Numbered from the stretch's first letter, positions 10,596 to 19,472 are shown. The stretch: DNA of 64,000 nucleotides from Candidatus Poribacteria bacterium (GCA_965242965.1 OZ251518.1:2976001-3040000), one strand, 5' to 3'. The notes: generated by a model from the sequence alone, not told the origin. Numbers and translations are program-made.

Positions 10596-10892
10596 ATGAG
10601 CAATGAAGAACTTCAGCAATGGATTGCCGCAGAACTGGCTCGGTTGGACGAACGTTCCGAGACACGCCATGTCAAGCTGCGCGATGAGATGAACACACGG
10701 TTTGACAAAAACGATAACCGGATTGATGGCCTGGATGAGCGCGTGCGCGGGCTGGAATTGGCTGTTGAGCGCGTCAAGACTATCCTTGAAACCCGCAAGG
10801 AGCAAGCGGCTGGCTTATGGGACCGCTGGAAGTATTGGGTGACGACTGCTATCGCCGTAGCCGCCCTCCTGCTAGCATGGTTTAAGTCTTAA
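10596..10892 (+). CDS. Small coiled-coil protein with C-terminal TM helix (XhlA/holin-like architecture)
   Basis: GAGG RBS. Heptad-rich N-terminal part, hydrophobic end WKYWVTTAIAVAALLLAWFKS. Confidence 0.65.
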   Translation: MSNEELQQWIAAELARLDERSETRHVKLRDEMNTRFDKNDNRIDGLDERVRGLELAVERVKTILETRKEQAAGLWDRWKYWVTTAIAVAALLLAWFKS

Positions 10893-11010
10893 GTAAGGTG
10901 ACAGGACTGAATTTTCAGATGTGTCTCCCGCCGGACTCACTTATAGAAACAAACGCACCACGAACCCGGTAGGCGCGGTTTCCAATCGCGCTCTCCTGAG
11001 GAGAAAAACC

Positions 11011-12009
11011 TTGCAAAATTTGTGCATACGAACAATTCAACTAATACTCATCGCAGCCCTATCAATTTGCGCACTATGCCTTCTTAACCCAAGCGCGCTG
11101 GCGGTGAATATCCATGACAATGCCGGCACCGCCGGTGCCGCCTTCCTGAAAATTGAGGGAGGAAGCCGCCCCGCAGGCATGGGCGGCGCGTTTGCAGGCA
11201 TCGCAAACGATATTAACACCATCTTTTGGAACCCCGCCGGGCTCACCTCCGTTCACGACAGAGAGCTCACGGCGATGCAGCACTTCTCGTTTGCCGACAT
11301 TAATAACCAGACCGTGGGTTACGCGCAGCGCACCGAACGGTTCACTTGGGGAGCCAGTTTCCTCGGCAGTTTCACCGAAATTGAACGGCGCATCGGTCCG
11401 ACGAAAGAGCCGGATAGCACCGTGACAGTAGGCGGCTTCGCCACTGGGCTATCCCTCGCGTTCCCGTTAGGTTCGGCGATGTCTGTCGGCGGCACAGCGA
11501 AGTTAATCTCGCAGCAACTTGACATCCAAGATGCCTACGGTGTCGCGGCGGATGTCGGCATCCTCCTGCATCTCGTTGACAACCATTTCGGAATCGGGGT
11601 TGCGGTGCAAAATGCGGGGGTGTTAGATGGCGGCGAGAACCTCCCGATAGCCATCCGTGCAGGCATGGCATACCGGACGTGGAAGGAATCTGTCGGAGAT
11701 AACCCAGGTCTTGATGCTCTGCCGCGCGAAGTCTGGGCACTCGGTGCGGATGTGCATATCCCGTTGATTGATGCCTCGCCGAGTTTCCACATCGGCGCGG
11801 AACGGTGGTTTTACGATGTCGTGGCGGCGCGGCTTGGTTACCGCATCGGCTTGAACGACAATCCGGCGAACGGGTTGGCACTCGGCATCGGCGTGCGGCG
11901 CAGCGGCGATGATGCCTTAGCGAACATCGACTTCCAATTTGATTACGCCTTTGTCCCTGATGCTTATGTAGGCAATGCGCATCGGGTTTCTGTCATTACG
12001 CGGTTTTAG
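11011..12009 (+). CDS. PorV/PorQ-family (UPF0164) outer-membrane beta-barrel
   Basis: AGTAGAAFLKIEGGSRPAGMGGAF..ANDINTIFWNPAGL motif. C-terminal FDYAFVP..GNAHRVSVITRF. TTG start after GAGGAG. Confidence 0.85.
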   Translation: MQNLCIRTIQLILIAALSICALCLLNPSALAVNIHDNAGTAGAAFLKIEGGSRPAGMGGAFAGIANDINTIFWNPAGLTSVHDRELTAMQHFSFADINNQTVGYAQRTERFTWGASFLGSFTEIERRIGPTKEPDSTVTVGGFATGLSLAFPLGSAMSVGGTAKLISQQLDIQDAYGVAADVGILLHLVDNHFGIGVAVQNAGVLDGGENLPIAIRAGMAYRTWKESVGDNPGLDALPREVWALGADVHIPLIDASPSFHIGAERWFYDVVAARLGYRIGLNDNPANGLALGIGVRRSGDDALANIDFQFDYAFVPDAYVGNAHRVSVITRF

Positions 12010-12016
12010 TTCATCC

Positions 12017-12649
12017 GAGGGTGTTTTATAACTCGTTGTTGTCAAAATGGTCTCATGAGACCCCGAACGATTCCGTTTCCCCGGTAGGAGAGACCTCCCG
12101 GTCTCGATGCAATAGGGCGGCGCGCCTACCGGGACAGCGGCGGCAGAAGGTCCCCTTCATCGTAGGGCGAGGGCCTGTCCCTCGCCATCGTCCGCGCACT
12201 CCAACGATCTCGGGGGACAGGCCCCCGCGCTACGGCAAAAAAACGTCTCTTGTTCTCTTCAGGTCCGTAGGACCTGAATGTCTATAGCACGTGAGGCTGC
12301 GAAGAACGCTAAGGGCCTTTAGGTCCTTAATAGCCTTTGAGATGCCGCGTGTTTTTTATTAAGGTCCTAACGGACCTTGCCGTGGGACCGGCACGTGTTT
12401 CTATAGACATGTAGGTCCTAAAGGACCTAAAACGCCACCGCTTGACGATGGTGCTCGCGTGGGCCTGTCCCCCGCGCTACGGGGAAATCGAGACAGTGAG
12501 GTCTTTCCTATAGGGAAGCATCGAGACAGGGAGGTCTCTCCTACCCAGAGGGATTGAGCTCGGAAGGGGCCGCCCACCGGCAAGTCCCCATTTTTCACAG
12601 CAGCACGGGGCCTGTCACCGCGACGTTGAACGAATTATGAAACCCCCTC
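12017..12649. mobile_element. Non-autonomous TIR element (MITE-like) filled with REP-like hairpins
   Basis: Left end GAGGGTGTTTTATAA, right end TTATGAAACCCCCTC. Interior is GTAG hairpins plus the AGGTCCTAAAGGACCT/CTATAGAC family. No credible ORF. Confidence 0.75.
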
Positions 12650-12784
12650 AGTTAACCGAGATCCCGCAATTGTAAGGGCGGATTTCTATATCTGCCCATA
12701 GATTTTAGCAAGCGGGTATCAGACATTTGCTATCCGCCAACAAAGATTGTGAGCGCATGCTCCCTCTTGGATAAGGAGAGATAT

Positions 12785-13129
12785 ATGCCAAATGTTAGCG
12801 AGATTACGCAGACGCTAAGGGATATCATAGAATCTGAGTCCGAGCTTAACGATGTTTGGACGCAAGGTGATATTTCAAACGTCAAACGTCCTCCAGGTAG
12901 TAATTGCTATTTTACACTGAAAGAGGATGGTGCCAAAATTGAATGTGTCGTTTTTCCTTGGGCTTCTTCCTACCATGATTGGATATCATCCCCGGATTTA
13001 CGGCTGGATGGGACAAGTTGGCTTGTGAAGGGGTCGGTTGAACTTTATTCAAAGGAAAGCGGATATAGGTTCGTCGTTACGGATATACAACCGCTAGATG
13101 ACGCGACGGTTCAACCTGAATTCCCATGA
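12785..13129 (+). CDS. XseA (ExoVII large subunit) N-terminal-like OB-fold fragment
   Basis: NVSEITQTLRDIIE..VWTQGDISNVKRPPGSNCYFTLKEDGAKIECVVF matches the XseA OB fold. No ExoVII catalytic domain. AAGGAG RBS. Confidence 0.7.
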   Translation: MPNVSEITQTLRDIIESESELNDVWTQGDISNVKRPPGSNCYFTLKEDGAKIECVVFPWASSYHDWISSPDLRLDGTSWLVKGSVELYSKESGYRFVVTDIQPLDDATVQPEFP

Positions 13130-14354
13130 CGGTGGAACGCCTGATGACCTTATTGAATTTGCACTCCCTAAATGGGTTGCAACTAGTCTGTCCTTTTCTG
13201 CTACGGAAGGCGGTAGGGTACGTGCCAATGGACGATTTGGTATTTTTGCCCAGAGAAGCGTCTATCAAATCAAGATTTACGCTCCTGCCAACATAAGCGC
13301 AGATGAGGCGAATGGTACCGTTACTGTTCAAGAACAGCCTTCGCCACAGTGCCGCGAGTGTGGTGAACCTCGCCATCCGCAATATGAGTTGTGCGATATG
13401 TGTCATTATGCGCTTTTAGAACATGAGGGCATCGTAGTGGGGACAGTCCTTCGCTATCTCAAAACCGCCGGATTGGAAGGGTTCTCTACGTCGCGGGAAT
13501 ATAGAATCCAGATGGGTTCTAACAACCGCCGAGCCGACGTTGTGCTTTGTAGAGAAGGGAATTCTACCCCCAATGTCATTGCAGAGTGTAAACACATTGG
13601 ATACGCAGACAGCGGAGAGGCAAGATCTCAGTTGCAGTCTTACCTAACCGCCACAGGTGCACCCTTCGGTATCCTTGCCGCTGATACCGACCCATATAAA
13701 TGGGAATTTCTCAAAAACCGTCAAGGGGACAACGACTCGGATGAGATTGAACGTTCCCAGTTTGAGAAAGAGGTCGGTTTTCGTTCGCCAGTTCCATCAT
13801 CGGTGCTGCCACGGATGGAACTTATCCGCGGCGACATAACCGAAGCGAAGGTTGATGCCATCGTGAACGCTGCAAACTCTCAGCTTAGCGAGGGGGACGG
13901 TGTAGATGGCGCAATTCGGCGTGTTGGTGGTGAAGCAATAGAACAAGCACTCGCGGAGATTCGCAATGCCGGCAGAATTCTTCCAGATGGGGACGCTGTT
14001 ATTACACCCGGCGGCAACTTGCCTGCAAAGCATGTCATTCATGCGGTAGGGCCCATTTGGAAAGGTGGCAATAGAAGTGAAGCCGAATTGCTCGCTGATT
14101 GCTATCGAAATAGCCTTCAGGTTGCCGTGGAGAAGGATCTCCAAACGGTCGCGTTTCCAGCGATTAGCACTGGCAACCATGGATATCCACCCGAGCAAGC
14201 GGCACCCATTGCACTGAAAGCCGTCAAGGAATTTGTTGAACAGAACGGCGCACCAAAACTCGTTCAGTTCTTCTTGTTTGATGAGGCAATCTATTCCTGT
14301 TACGTCAACGCGTTAGCAGAACTTGGATTGGGGATATCTTGTCCGATAAGATGA
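13098..14354 (+). CDS. Multidomain protein: partial OB fold, CxxC..CxxC zinc finger, HsdR_N-type PD-(D/E)XK nuclease, macrodomain (YmdB-like); probably a frameshifted continuation of 12785-13129
   Basis: CRECGEPRHPQYELCDMC; RRADVVL..VIAECK..ARSQLQSYL; GDITEAKVDAIVNAANSQLSEGDGVDGAI..HAVGPIW..AFPAISTGNHGYP. Confidence 0.75.
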   Translation: MTRRFNLNSHDGGTPDDLIEFALPKWVATSLSFSATEGGRVRANGRFGIFAQRSVYQIKIYAPANISADEANGTVTVQEQPSPQCRECGEPRHPQYELCDMCHYALLEHEGIVVGTVLRYLKTAGLEGFSTSREYRIQMGSNNRRADVVLCREGNSTPNVIAECKHIGYADSGEARSQLQSYLTATGAPFGILAADTDPYKWEFLKNRQGDNDSDEIERSQFEKEVGFRSPVPSSVLPRMELIRGDITEAKVDAIVNAANSQLSEGDGVDGAIRRVGGEAIEQALAEIRNAGRILPDGDAVITPGGNLPAKHVIHAVGPIWKGGNRSEAELLADCYRNSLQVAVEKDLQTVAFPAISTGNHGYPPEQAAPIALKAVKEFVEQNGAPKLVQFFLFDEAIYSCYVNALAELGLGISCPIR

Positions 14355-14359
14355 GGTAT

Positions 14360-14510
14360 TGGAGAAGGACGAAGGGCGGCTATAGGAATCCGCCCTTGCA
14401 TCGAGACCGGGAGGGCTCTCCTACCGAGAGGGCATCGAGACCGGGAGGTCTCTCCTACTGGGTTTTCTGAAGAAGGACGAAGGGCGGATATAGGAATCCG
14501 CCCTTACAAT
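14360..14510. repeat. REP-like cluster between convergent genes
   Basis: Two AGAAGGACGAAGGGCGG(C/A)TATAGGAATCCGCCCTT copies and two ATCGAGACCGGGAGG.CTCTCCTAC copies. Confidence 0.8.
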
Positions 14511-14527
14511 CCAAGGCATCGCGCCTA

Positions 14528-15643
14528 CTAACTCATTTCCAGCATCCGCTCAATCGGCGCGCGGGCATTGTCGATGACAGCTGCATCCAGCGTCACTTCA
14601 AATTCCCCGAGGTCTGCCCCCTCATCGATAGCCTCAAGGATGTTGGCGATTTTGCCGAGACTGACTTTCGCCATGTGCGTGCATCGGACAGAGCAAGCCG
14701 TCCAGAATTGGACAGCCGGGAACTCCTGCGCGAGGTTTGAGGTGAGCTCACACTCCGATGCGACGAAGGCACGCTCAAGTCCATCTCCCGCGACGCGTTC
14801 GGCGATGTCCTTCATAATCTGACTGGTGCTGCCGTAAAAATCGGCTTCCTGCAGGACATCCGGGCGGCATTCCCAGTGCGCATACAATTTGCGATGTGGA
14901 TGCCTTTTCGGAATCTCAAACGACTCGCGGATTCCAACCAGGTCTGCCAGAGTGAACCGTTCGTGCACCTCGCAGACTGCGCCGCGCGCCGTGTTATCCT
15001 TGCCGGGGTAGACTACCTGCTTTTCACCCTTGAGTTCTTCCTCAAGATTTTGCGCGAAGAAGATATCCGGGACAAAAATGACGGTATCCCCCGGTAGCGA
15101 CTTGGCGATATGCGCCGCATTGGCAGACGTGCAGCAGATGTCCGATTCTGCCTTCGCGTCGGCATAGCTGTTGACGTAAATCATCACCGGTGCGCCGGGG
15201 TAAAGTGCTTTCAACGCCTTGACATCGTCTGCGCCGAAGTTATCGGCAAGCGAACAGCCCGCGGTCTTGTCCGCGACTAGCACGGTTTTGTCGGGGCTCA
15301 GAATCTTGGCAGTTTCCGCCATGAACGGCACACCGTTAAAGATGAGGTATTGTGCCTCTGTCTTTGCGGCATACATGCTGAGCCCGAGTGAATCGCCCTG
15401 TTCGGTTTTTTCGGATAACCCAAAAACGAGGGGCTCCATATAGTTGTGCCCGAGCATGACAACGTCGTGCTTCTGCTTGAGGGTGCGTATCCTATGAATA
15501 GTCTTGGCGTGTGCCTCTATGTCAAGGAACGTTAAACTCGGGTGATGCCGGTTATACAGTTCCTGTTTCACGTCCTCAAGCGTCAATGCTGTCGTGCCGT
15601 TCGTGGCAGCTTCCGTGTGGCGAGTTCCTTCCGTGGAATTCAT
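14528..15643 (-). CDS. nadA: Quinolinate synthase
   Basis: GHNYM, GDSLGLS, FMAETAKILSPDKTVL, AGCSLAD, YVNS, CTSANA, CEVH, HWEC motifs. Confidence 0.92.
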   Translation of the reverse strand: MNSTEGTRHTEAATNGTTALTLEDVKQELYNRHHPSLTFLDIEAHAKTIHRIRTLKQKHDVVMLGHNYMEPLVFGLSEKTEQGDSLGLSMYAAKTEAQYLIFNGVPFMAETAKILSPDKTVLVADKTAGCSLADNFGADDVKALKALYPGAPVMIYVNSYADAKAESDICCTSANAAHIAKSLPGDTVIFVPDIFFAQNLEEELKGEKQVVYPGKDNTARGAVCEVHERFTLADLVGIRESFEIPKRHPHRKLYAHWECRPDVLQEADFYGSTSQIMKDIAERVAGDGLERAFVASECELTSNLAQEFPAVQFWTACSVRCTHMAKVSLGKIANILEAIDEGADLGEFEVTLDAAVIDNARAPIERMLEMS

Positions 15644-15745
15644 GCCAATCACGCTCCAATTTTTTTGTATTGTCGCCAAGCTTAACTTTTGCTGCACAGT
15701 TGCAGCGAAACCACCGCTAGGCAATACAAAAGTAGTATTCAGGAT

Positions 15746-15775
15746 AGAATACACGAAAAGCACCTTTTTTGTCAA
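15746..15775 (-). promoter_or_regulatory. Putative sigma70 promoter of nadA
   Basis: Minus strand TTGACA (15775-15770), 18-nt spacer, TATTCT (15751-15746). Confidence 0.55.
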
Positions 15776-15866
15776 GGTTAAACACAAAAAAGTCATATTT
15801 TTGCGACATTTCAGTCTTTTTTTGTTGCTGGAAAAAACGGTGCCTATTTGCGAGAGAGGCTAAACA

Positions 15867-16556
15867 ATGAAATCTTGTCTGCTTCACCCACACAAAAATC
15901 CGAAAAAACTGGTTTGTCTCTTCCTCATCGCCTTCCTCTTTTGGGGAGGAATGCCACGGGCAGAAGCATTCCTTTCCGCGAAAAATAGAGGGAAACTCAC
16001 CCTCGCCGGGATTCTCGGTGGGCTCGCGTATCTGACGCACACGCTTGTCACGCGCGATAAACAAGCGGCTGAAGATTTGCATCGCCGCCTCGGCACGCCG
16101 GTGCGCGTCGTTGAATTTGAACGGGGGTTTGACCGGTGGCGGATTGAATTTTATCGCACCCGGTTCTATCGATTTCGGAATGGATGGATATGGGAGGCAG
16201 ACGTGGCGAGGGACAGGCCCTCGCCCTACGAAATGAGGCATCATCGCAGCGTGGCGAGGGACAGGCCCTCGCCCTACGATTTCGGTGGGTATTACCGATA
16301 CGCCTTTTTGAGAGAGCCCCACGTCGTCGCCGCTTTGCCTTTTGCATCCACGGCGAGGCCCTCAATCTGGATTTTCCGGTCCTTGTCGGTAGGCAGGCGG
16401 ACGTTTGCGGCATCCTCGGCTGTCGCTTTGACGTTTGACGTGACGAACAGCGCGTCTAGCATCGTCGCATCTTCTCGGACAGCAATGCGGAGGGTGGTTT
16501 CGCCGGCTTTCGCGAATTTCCACTCCCGCTCGAAGGTGCCGCCATCAAGCCAGTGA
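15867..16556 (+). CDS. Hypothetical membrane/secreted protein; C-terminus reads through two REP copies into the convergent gene
   Basis: GAGAGG RBS, signal-like N-terminus, TM segment. VARDRPSPY x2 is translated REP (about 16203-16278). The true 3' end is uncertain. Confidence 0.5.
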   Translation: MKSCLLHPHKNPKKLVCLFLIAFLFWGGMPRAEAFLSAKNRGKLTLAGILGGLAYLTHTLVTRDKQAAEDLHRRLGTPVRVVEFERGFDRWRIEFYRTRFYRFRNGWIWEADVARDRPSPYEMRHHRSVARDRPSPYDFGGYYRYAFLREPHVVAALPFASTARPSIWIFRSLSVGRRTFAASSAVALTFDVTNSASSIVASSRTAMRRVVSPAFANFHSRSKVPPSSQ

Positions 16557-16966
16557 TTGATTCTGTCCCAATGCCATGCGCCGCCTTGTGCGACACCCCA
16601 GCGGAACTCGGTATTCTGCGTCTGTTGCGCGTCTTCGTCCGGGTCGGCGGGTTGCCATGTTACCCAAAAGGAATCGCTATTGCCATCCCACGCGGTAACA
16701 TGTCCCCAAAGTGCGTACTTGCCGGGCTCGGGAATGTTGACGATAAATTCTGCATAACCGGTTCCCCCGCCGCCGGTGGCAGGTGCGCCTTCCATCCAGA
16801 TGAATTTTCCATCGGACGCAGTCTTTTCTTCGTCAATAATCATCGGTTCTGCAATCTCGTCTGCCAGTTCAGCTTCCAGAGCGATTTCGATATCGGCACC
16901 GAAGCCGGTTGCAACACCGACGAACATCGGCAGGAGGAGTAGCAGAAAAAATATCCGGTATTGCAT
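16292..16966 (-). CDS. Secreted beta-sandwich (CBM-like) protein with TTWG C-terminal tail
   Basis: Signal peptide; LEAE..ASDGKFI..GKYALWG..NSDSFWV..REDATMLD; ends AVDAKGKAATTWGSLKKAYR. Confidence 0.75.
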   Translation of the reverse strand: MQYRIFFLLLLLPMFVGVATGFGADIEIALEAELADEIAEPMIIDEEKTASDGKFIWMEGAPATGGGGTGYAEFIVNIPEPGKYALWGHVTAWDGNSDSFWVTWQPADPDEDAQQTQNTEFRWGVAQGGAWHWDRINHWLDGGTFEREWKFAKAGETTLRIAVREDATMLDALFVTSNVKATAEDAANVRLPTDKDRKIQIEGLAVDAKGKAATTWGSLKKAYR

Positions 16967-17040
16967 AAGAGTCTCCTATTTGTAAAGAGGCCGATAGGCG
17001 TGCGTGTGAACACACGCACGCCTACGGGAAGATACGGCAG

Positions 17041-17688
17041 TTACCGTGCCTGTTTCAGTTTTCCCCACGTCGTGGCGAGTTTATCTTGCGGTTCGACCGG
17101 CGTGAGGGAGTCTTCGGGGCCCGGGTCCCGCGGTCCTACTTCTGCTTCATCTTCGGAGAGGTTATCCGTGATGAAAATGACATCTAACTTCGTTGCATCT
17201 TCGCGGACAGCGATGCGGAGAGTGGTTTCGCCGCCGGGTTGTTCCCATTCCCGTTCAAACGTTCCGCCGTCTAACCAGTGATTAATCCTGTCCCATTGCC
17301 ACTCTGCGCTTTGTGCGACACCCCAGCGGAACTCGGTATTTTGGGTTTCCTGCGCGTTTTCGTCCGGATCAGCGGGTTGCCACGTTACCCAGAACGAATC
17401 GCTATTGCCATCTTCGGCGATGACTTTTCCCCAAAGCGCGTAAGTGCCAGCCGGGACGTTGAGTTTGTATTCCACCCAGCCTTCACCACCGCCGCCGGTT
17501 GCAGGCGGGCCTTCCATCCACACATATTGTCCGCCGGAGGCATCTGCATCGTCAGCAACTATCATCGGTGCTTCGACGGCATCCGCCATTTCCGCTTCAA
17601 TTGCCCAATCAAAACCGTAGCTAAGCCCGCTAGTGAGCAGGATACCGGTGATGAAGAGCATCCCAAATATGAACGTTCTATACTGCAT
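17041..17688 (-). CDS. Paralog of 16292-16966, secreted CBM-like protein with TTWG tail
   Basis: Near-identical core (DGNSDSFWVTWQPADPDE..WDRINHWLDGGTFEREW); ends PVEPQDKLATTWGKLKQAR. Confidence 0.75.
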   Translation of the reverse strand: MQYRTFIFGMLFITGILLTSGLSYGFDWAIEAEMADAVEAPMIVADDADASGGQYVWMEGPPATGGGGEGWVEYKLNVPAGTYALWGKVIAEDGNSDSFWVTWQPADPDENAQETQNTEFRWGVAQSAEWQWDRINHWLDGGTFEREWEQPGGETTLRIAVREDATKLDVIFITDNLSEDEAEVGPRDPGPEDSLTPVEPQDKLATTWGKLKQAR

Positions 17689-17710
17689 CAAAATATCTCC
17701 TTTGTGTTAT

Positions 17711-18679
17711 CTATTGCGGGGCTCTAATCTTGCCCCACTGCCGAATTTGGAGAGGTGGTCCAAGCTGTTGACTGCTGTTTCCACCTGCACTGTTGATTCG
17801 CAGTGCCTCCGAATTGTTAGGTTTCCATTTCGGTTGCGCCGCCCATGCAGCGTTGTCAATGAGTTCCCGGCGTTCGCTGCCATCCGCCTTCATGAGATGG
17901 ACAACCCATCTGCCGTCCTTTTCAAACTGAAACGCAAGGTAGTTCCCCTCGGCAGACCAGGCAGGAACGGCTTCGTCTGTCGGCGTGTCAGTGAGGGGTG
18001 TCTTGTCGCGCCCATCGGTGTCCATCGTCCAAAGATCGAAGTCAATACCCCGCATGGAGGCATACACGATGTGTTCACCGTCGGGTGCCCACGCCGGATA
18101 GACATCCATTAACGGCTGATGTGTCAACCGCTGTTCCATTCGGTTGTTGACATCTATCACGTAAATATCCCAATTGAGTCCCCGTTTTGAATGGAAAACG
18201 AGTCGGTTTCCATCGGGGGACCAGGTTGGCACCTCGTCTTTGAACGGGTTTTCGGTGAGGCTGACGACTTCGCCGCTTTTGAGATGCAGCAGGTAGATGT
18301 CAAAATGCCCCTTCCGATTGGACGTGAAGGCGAGGTGTTCGCCATCGGGTGCCCAAGCGGGTGCCTTATCGGTTGCAGGGTGATGCGTCACACGTCTCTG
18401 ATTTGTGCCATCGGCGTGCATCACGTAGAGTTCGTGGTTGGCATCGCGCCGTGAGAAAAAGGCGAGCTGCGTGCCATCAGGTGCCCAACTCGGATAGTAA
18501 TCCGCATCCGGATGATTCGTGAGATTGACAGGGGGCGCGCCCATTGAGTCTGTCAGGTATATGTCCCAATCGCCGTTCACATCCGACGCGAACGCGAGGG
18601 GAACAGGCGGTATCGGTTGTCCTGAAGTGTTATCGATAGCAAACACGAGACTCAACAAGCATATTAGCAAAATTCGCAT
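17711..18679 (-). CDS. TolB-like PD40 beta-propeller protein, secreted
   Basis: Six P(S/A/T)W(A/S)PDG-type repeats followed by LAF..IY segments. Signal peptide. Degenerate tail RQWGKIR. Confidence 0.85.
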   Translation of the reverse strand: MRILLICLLSLVFAIDNTSGQPIPPVPLAFASDVNGDWDIYLTDSMGAPPVNLTNHPDADYYPSWAPDGTQLAFFSRRDANHELYVMHADGTNQRRVTHHPATDKAPAWAPDGEHLAFTSNRKGHFDIYLLHLKSGEVVSLTENPFKDEVPTWSPDGNRLVFHSKRGLNWDIYVIDVNNRMEQRLTHQPLMDVYPAWAPDGEHIVYASMRGIDFDLWTMDTDGRDKTPLTDTPTDEAVPAWSAEGNYLAFQFEKDGRWVVHLMKADGSERRELIDNAAWAAQPKWKPNNSEALRINSAGGNSSQQLGPPLQIRQWGKIRAPQ

Positions 18680-18689
18680 TTTTTGTCAA

Positions 18690-19472
18690 TCAATATGCAG
18701 CCTTGATGCCTGCCCAGGTCGTGCTCAATTTCGCCCCCGGGTCTACGGCAAACAGCACGCCTCGGTTCATGTCGGCGTTAATTTCAGCCTCTGTCAAGGC
18801 GCGCGTATAGAAGGCGAACTCATCAATAAAGCCGTTGAGATGCTGGATGTCCGCTTCGTTGTCCTTGCCGAGGACGATAGCACCCGCCGGCGAAGGGAAG
18901 ATAACGAATTTTCCACTCCACGCATCCTCACTCACGACTTTGCCGTTGAAATAGGACTTCTGGACTTTGCCATCATAGGTGCCGGCGATATGCACCCACT
19001 TTTTGGTGGGCAATTCGGGAATCGGTGTCCGATGTTCGGTGCCTTTCGTGTCGTATATGTAAAACACCATATCGGCACTACCTTCGATGAAAGTCTCTGC
19101 GGGCCAAGCACCAGCGGCGTTTAACGACTCCCAAATCTGCTGTGTATCGCCGGTTATCGCGCTGAGCATTACCCAATGTTCCACAGTCATCGCCGTTAAT
19201 TCACCATCGGTGAGCCCGGGGATTTCCGGTGGGCTTTTGACAGCACTGCTCGCGCCATCGAATTCCATCGCCCCGCCGAACTTACCGTCTTTGCTCCAAT
19301 CCGCTGCAGAGATTTCGGCATCGAACCCGTTCCCGCTGTCGTCTGCCACCTCTTTTTCATCTTTGTCAAAGGAGTAGTAGAGAACCAGGTCTGCGTCATT
19401 GCGAATCGCATCGCTGTGCCTCCCCATCGCGAGCATCGCGACGATGATAAGCCAAAATAACAGTCTTTTCAT
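18690..19472 (-). CDS. LamG-like jelly-roll secreted protein with TTWG-type tail
   Basis: LVLYYSFD..DDSGNG..GKFGGAMEFDG..WVHIAGTYDG..GFIDEFAFYTRALTEAEI; ends AVDPGAKLSTTWAGIKAAY. Confidence 0.88.
   Translation of the reverse strand: MKRLLFWLIIVAMLAMGRHSDAIRNDADLVLYYSFDKDEKEVADDSGNGFDAEISAADWSKDGKFGGAMEFDGASSAVKSPPEIPGLTDGELTAMTVEHWVMLSAITGDTQQIWESLNAAGAWPAETFIEGSADMVFYIYDTKGTEHRTPIPELPTKKWVHIAGTYDGKVQKSYFNGKVVSEDAWSGKFVIFPSPAGAIVLGKDNEADIQHLNGFIDEFAFYTRALTEAEINADMNRGVLFAVDPGAKLSTTWAGIKAAY

Noticed and set aside
10596-10892. Prophage remnant inferred from the holin-like gene
   Set aside because: No other phage genes or integrase in the window.
12785-13129. xseA gene call
   Set aside because: Only the OB fold is present; there is no ExoVII catalytic or coiled-coil region.
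15764-15791. NrtR-like operator (TTTTTTGT..ACAAAAAA palindrome) at the nadA promoter
   Set aside because: GT-AC spacing does not fit the GT-N7-AC consensus and the symmetry is mostly A/T runs.
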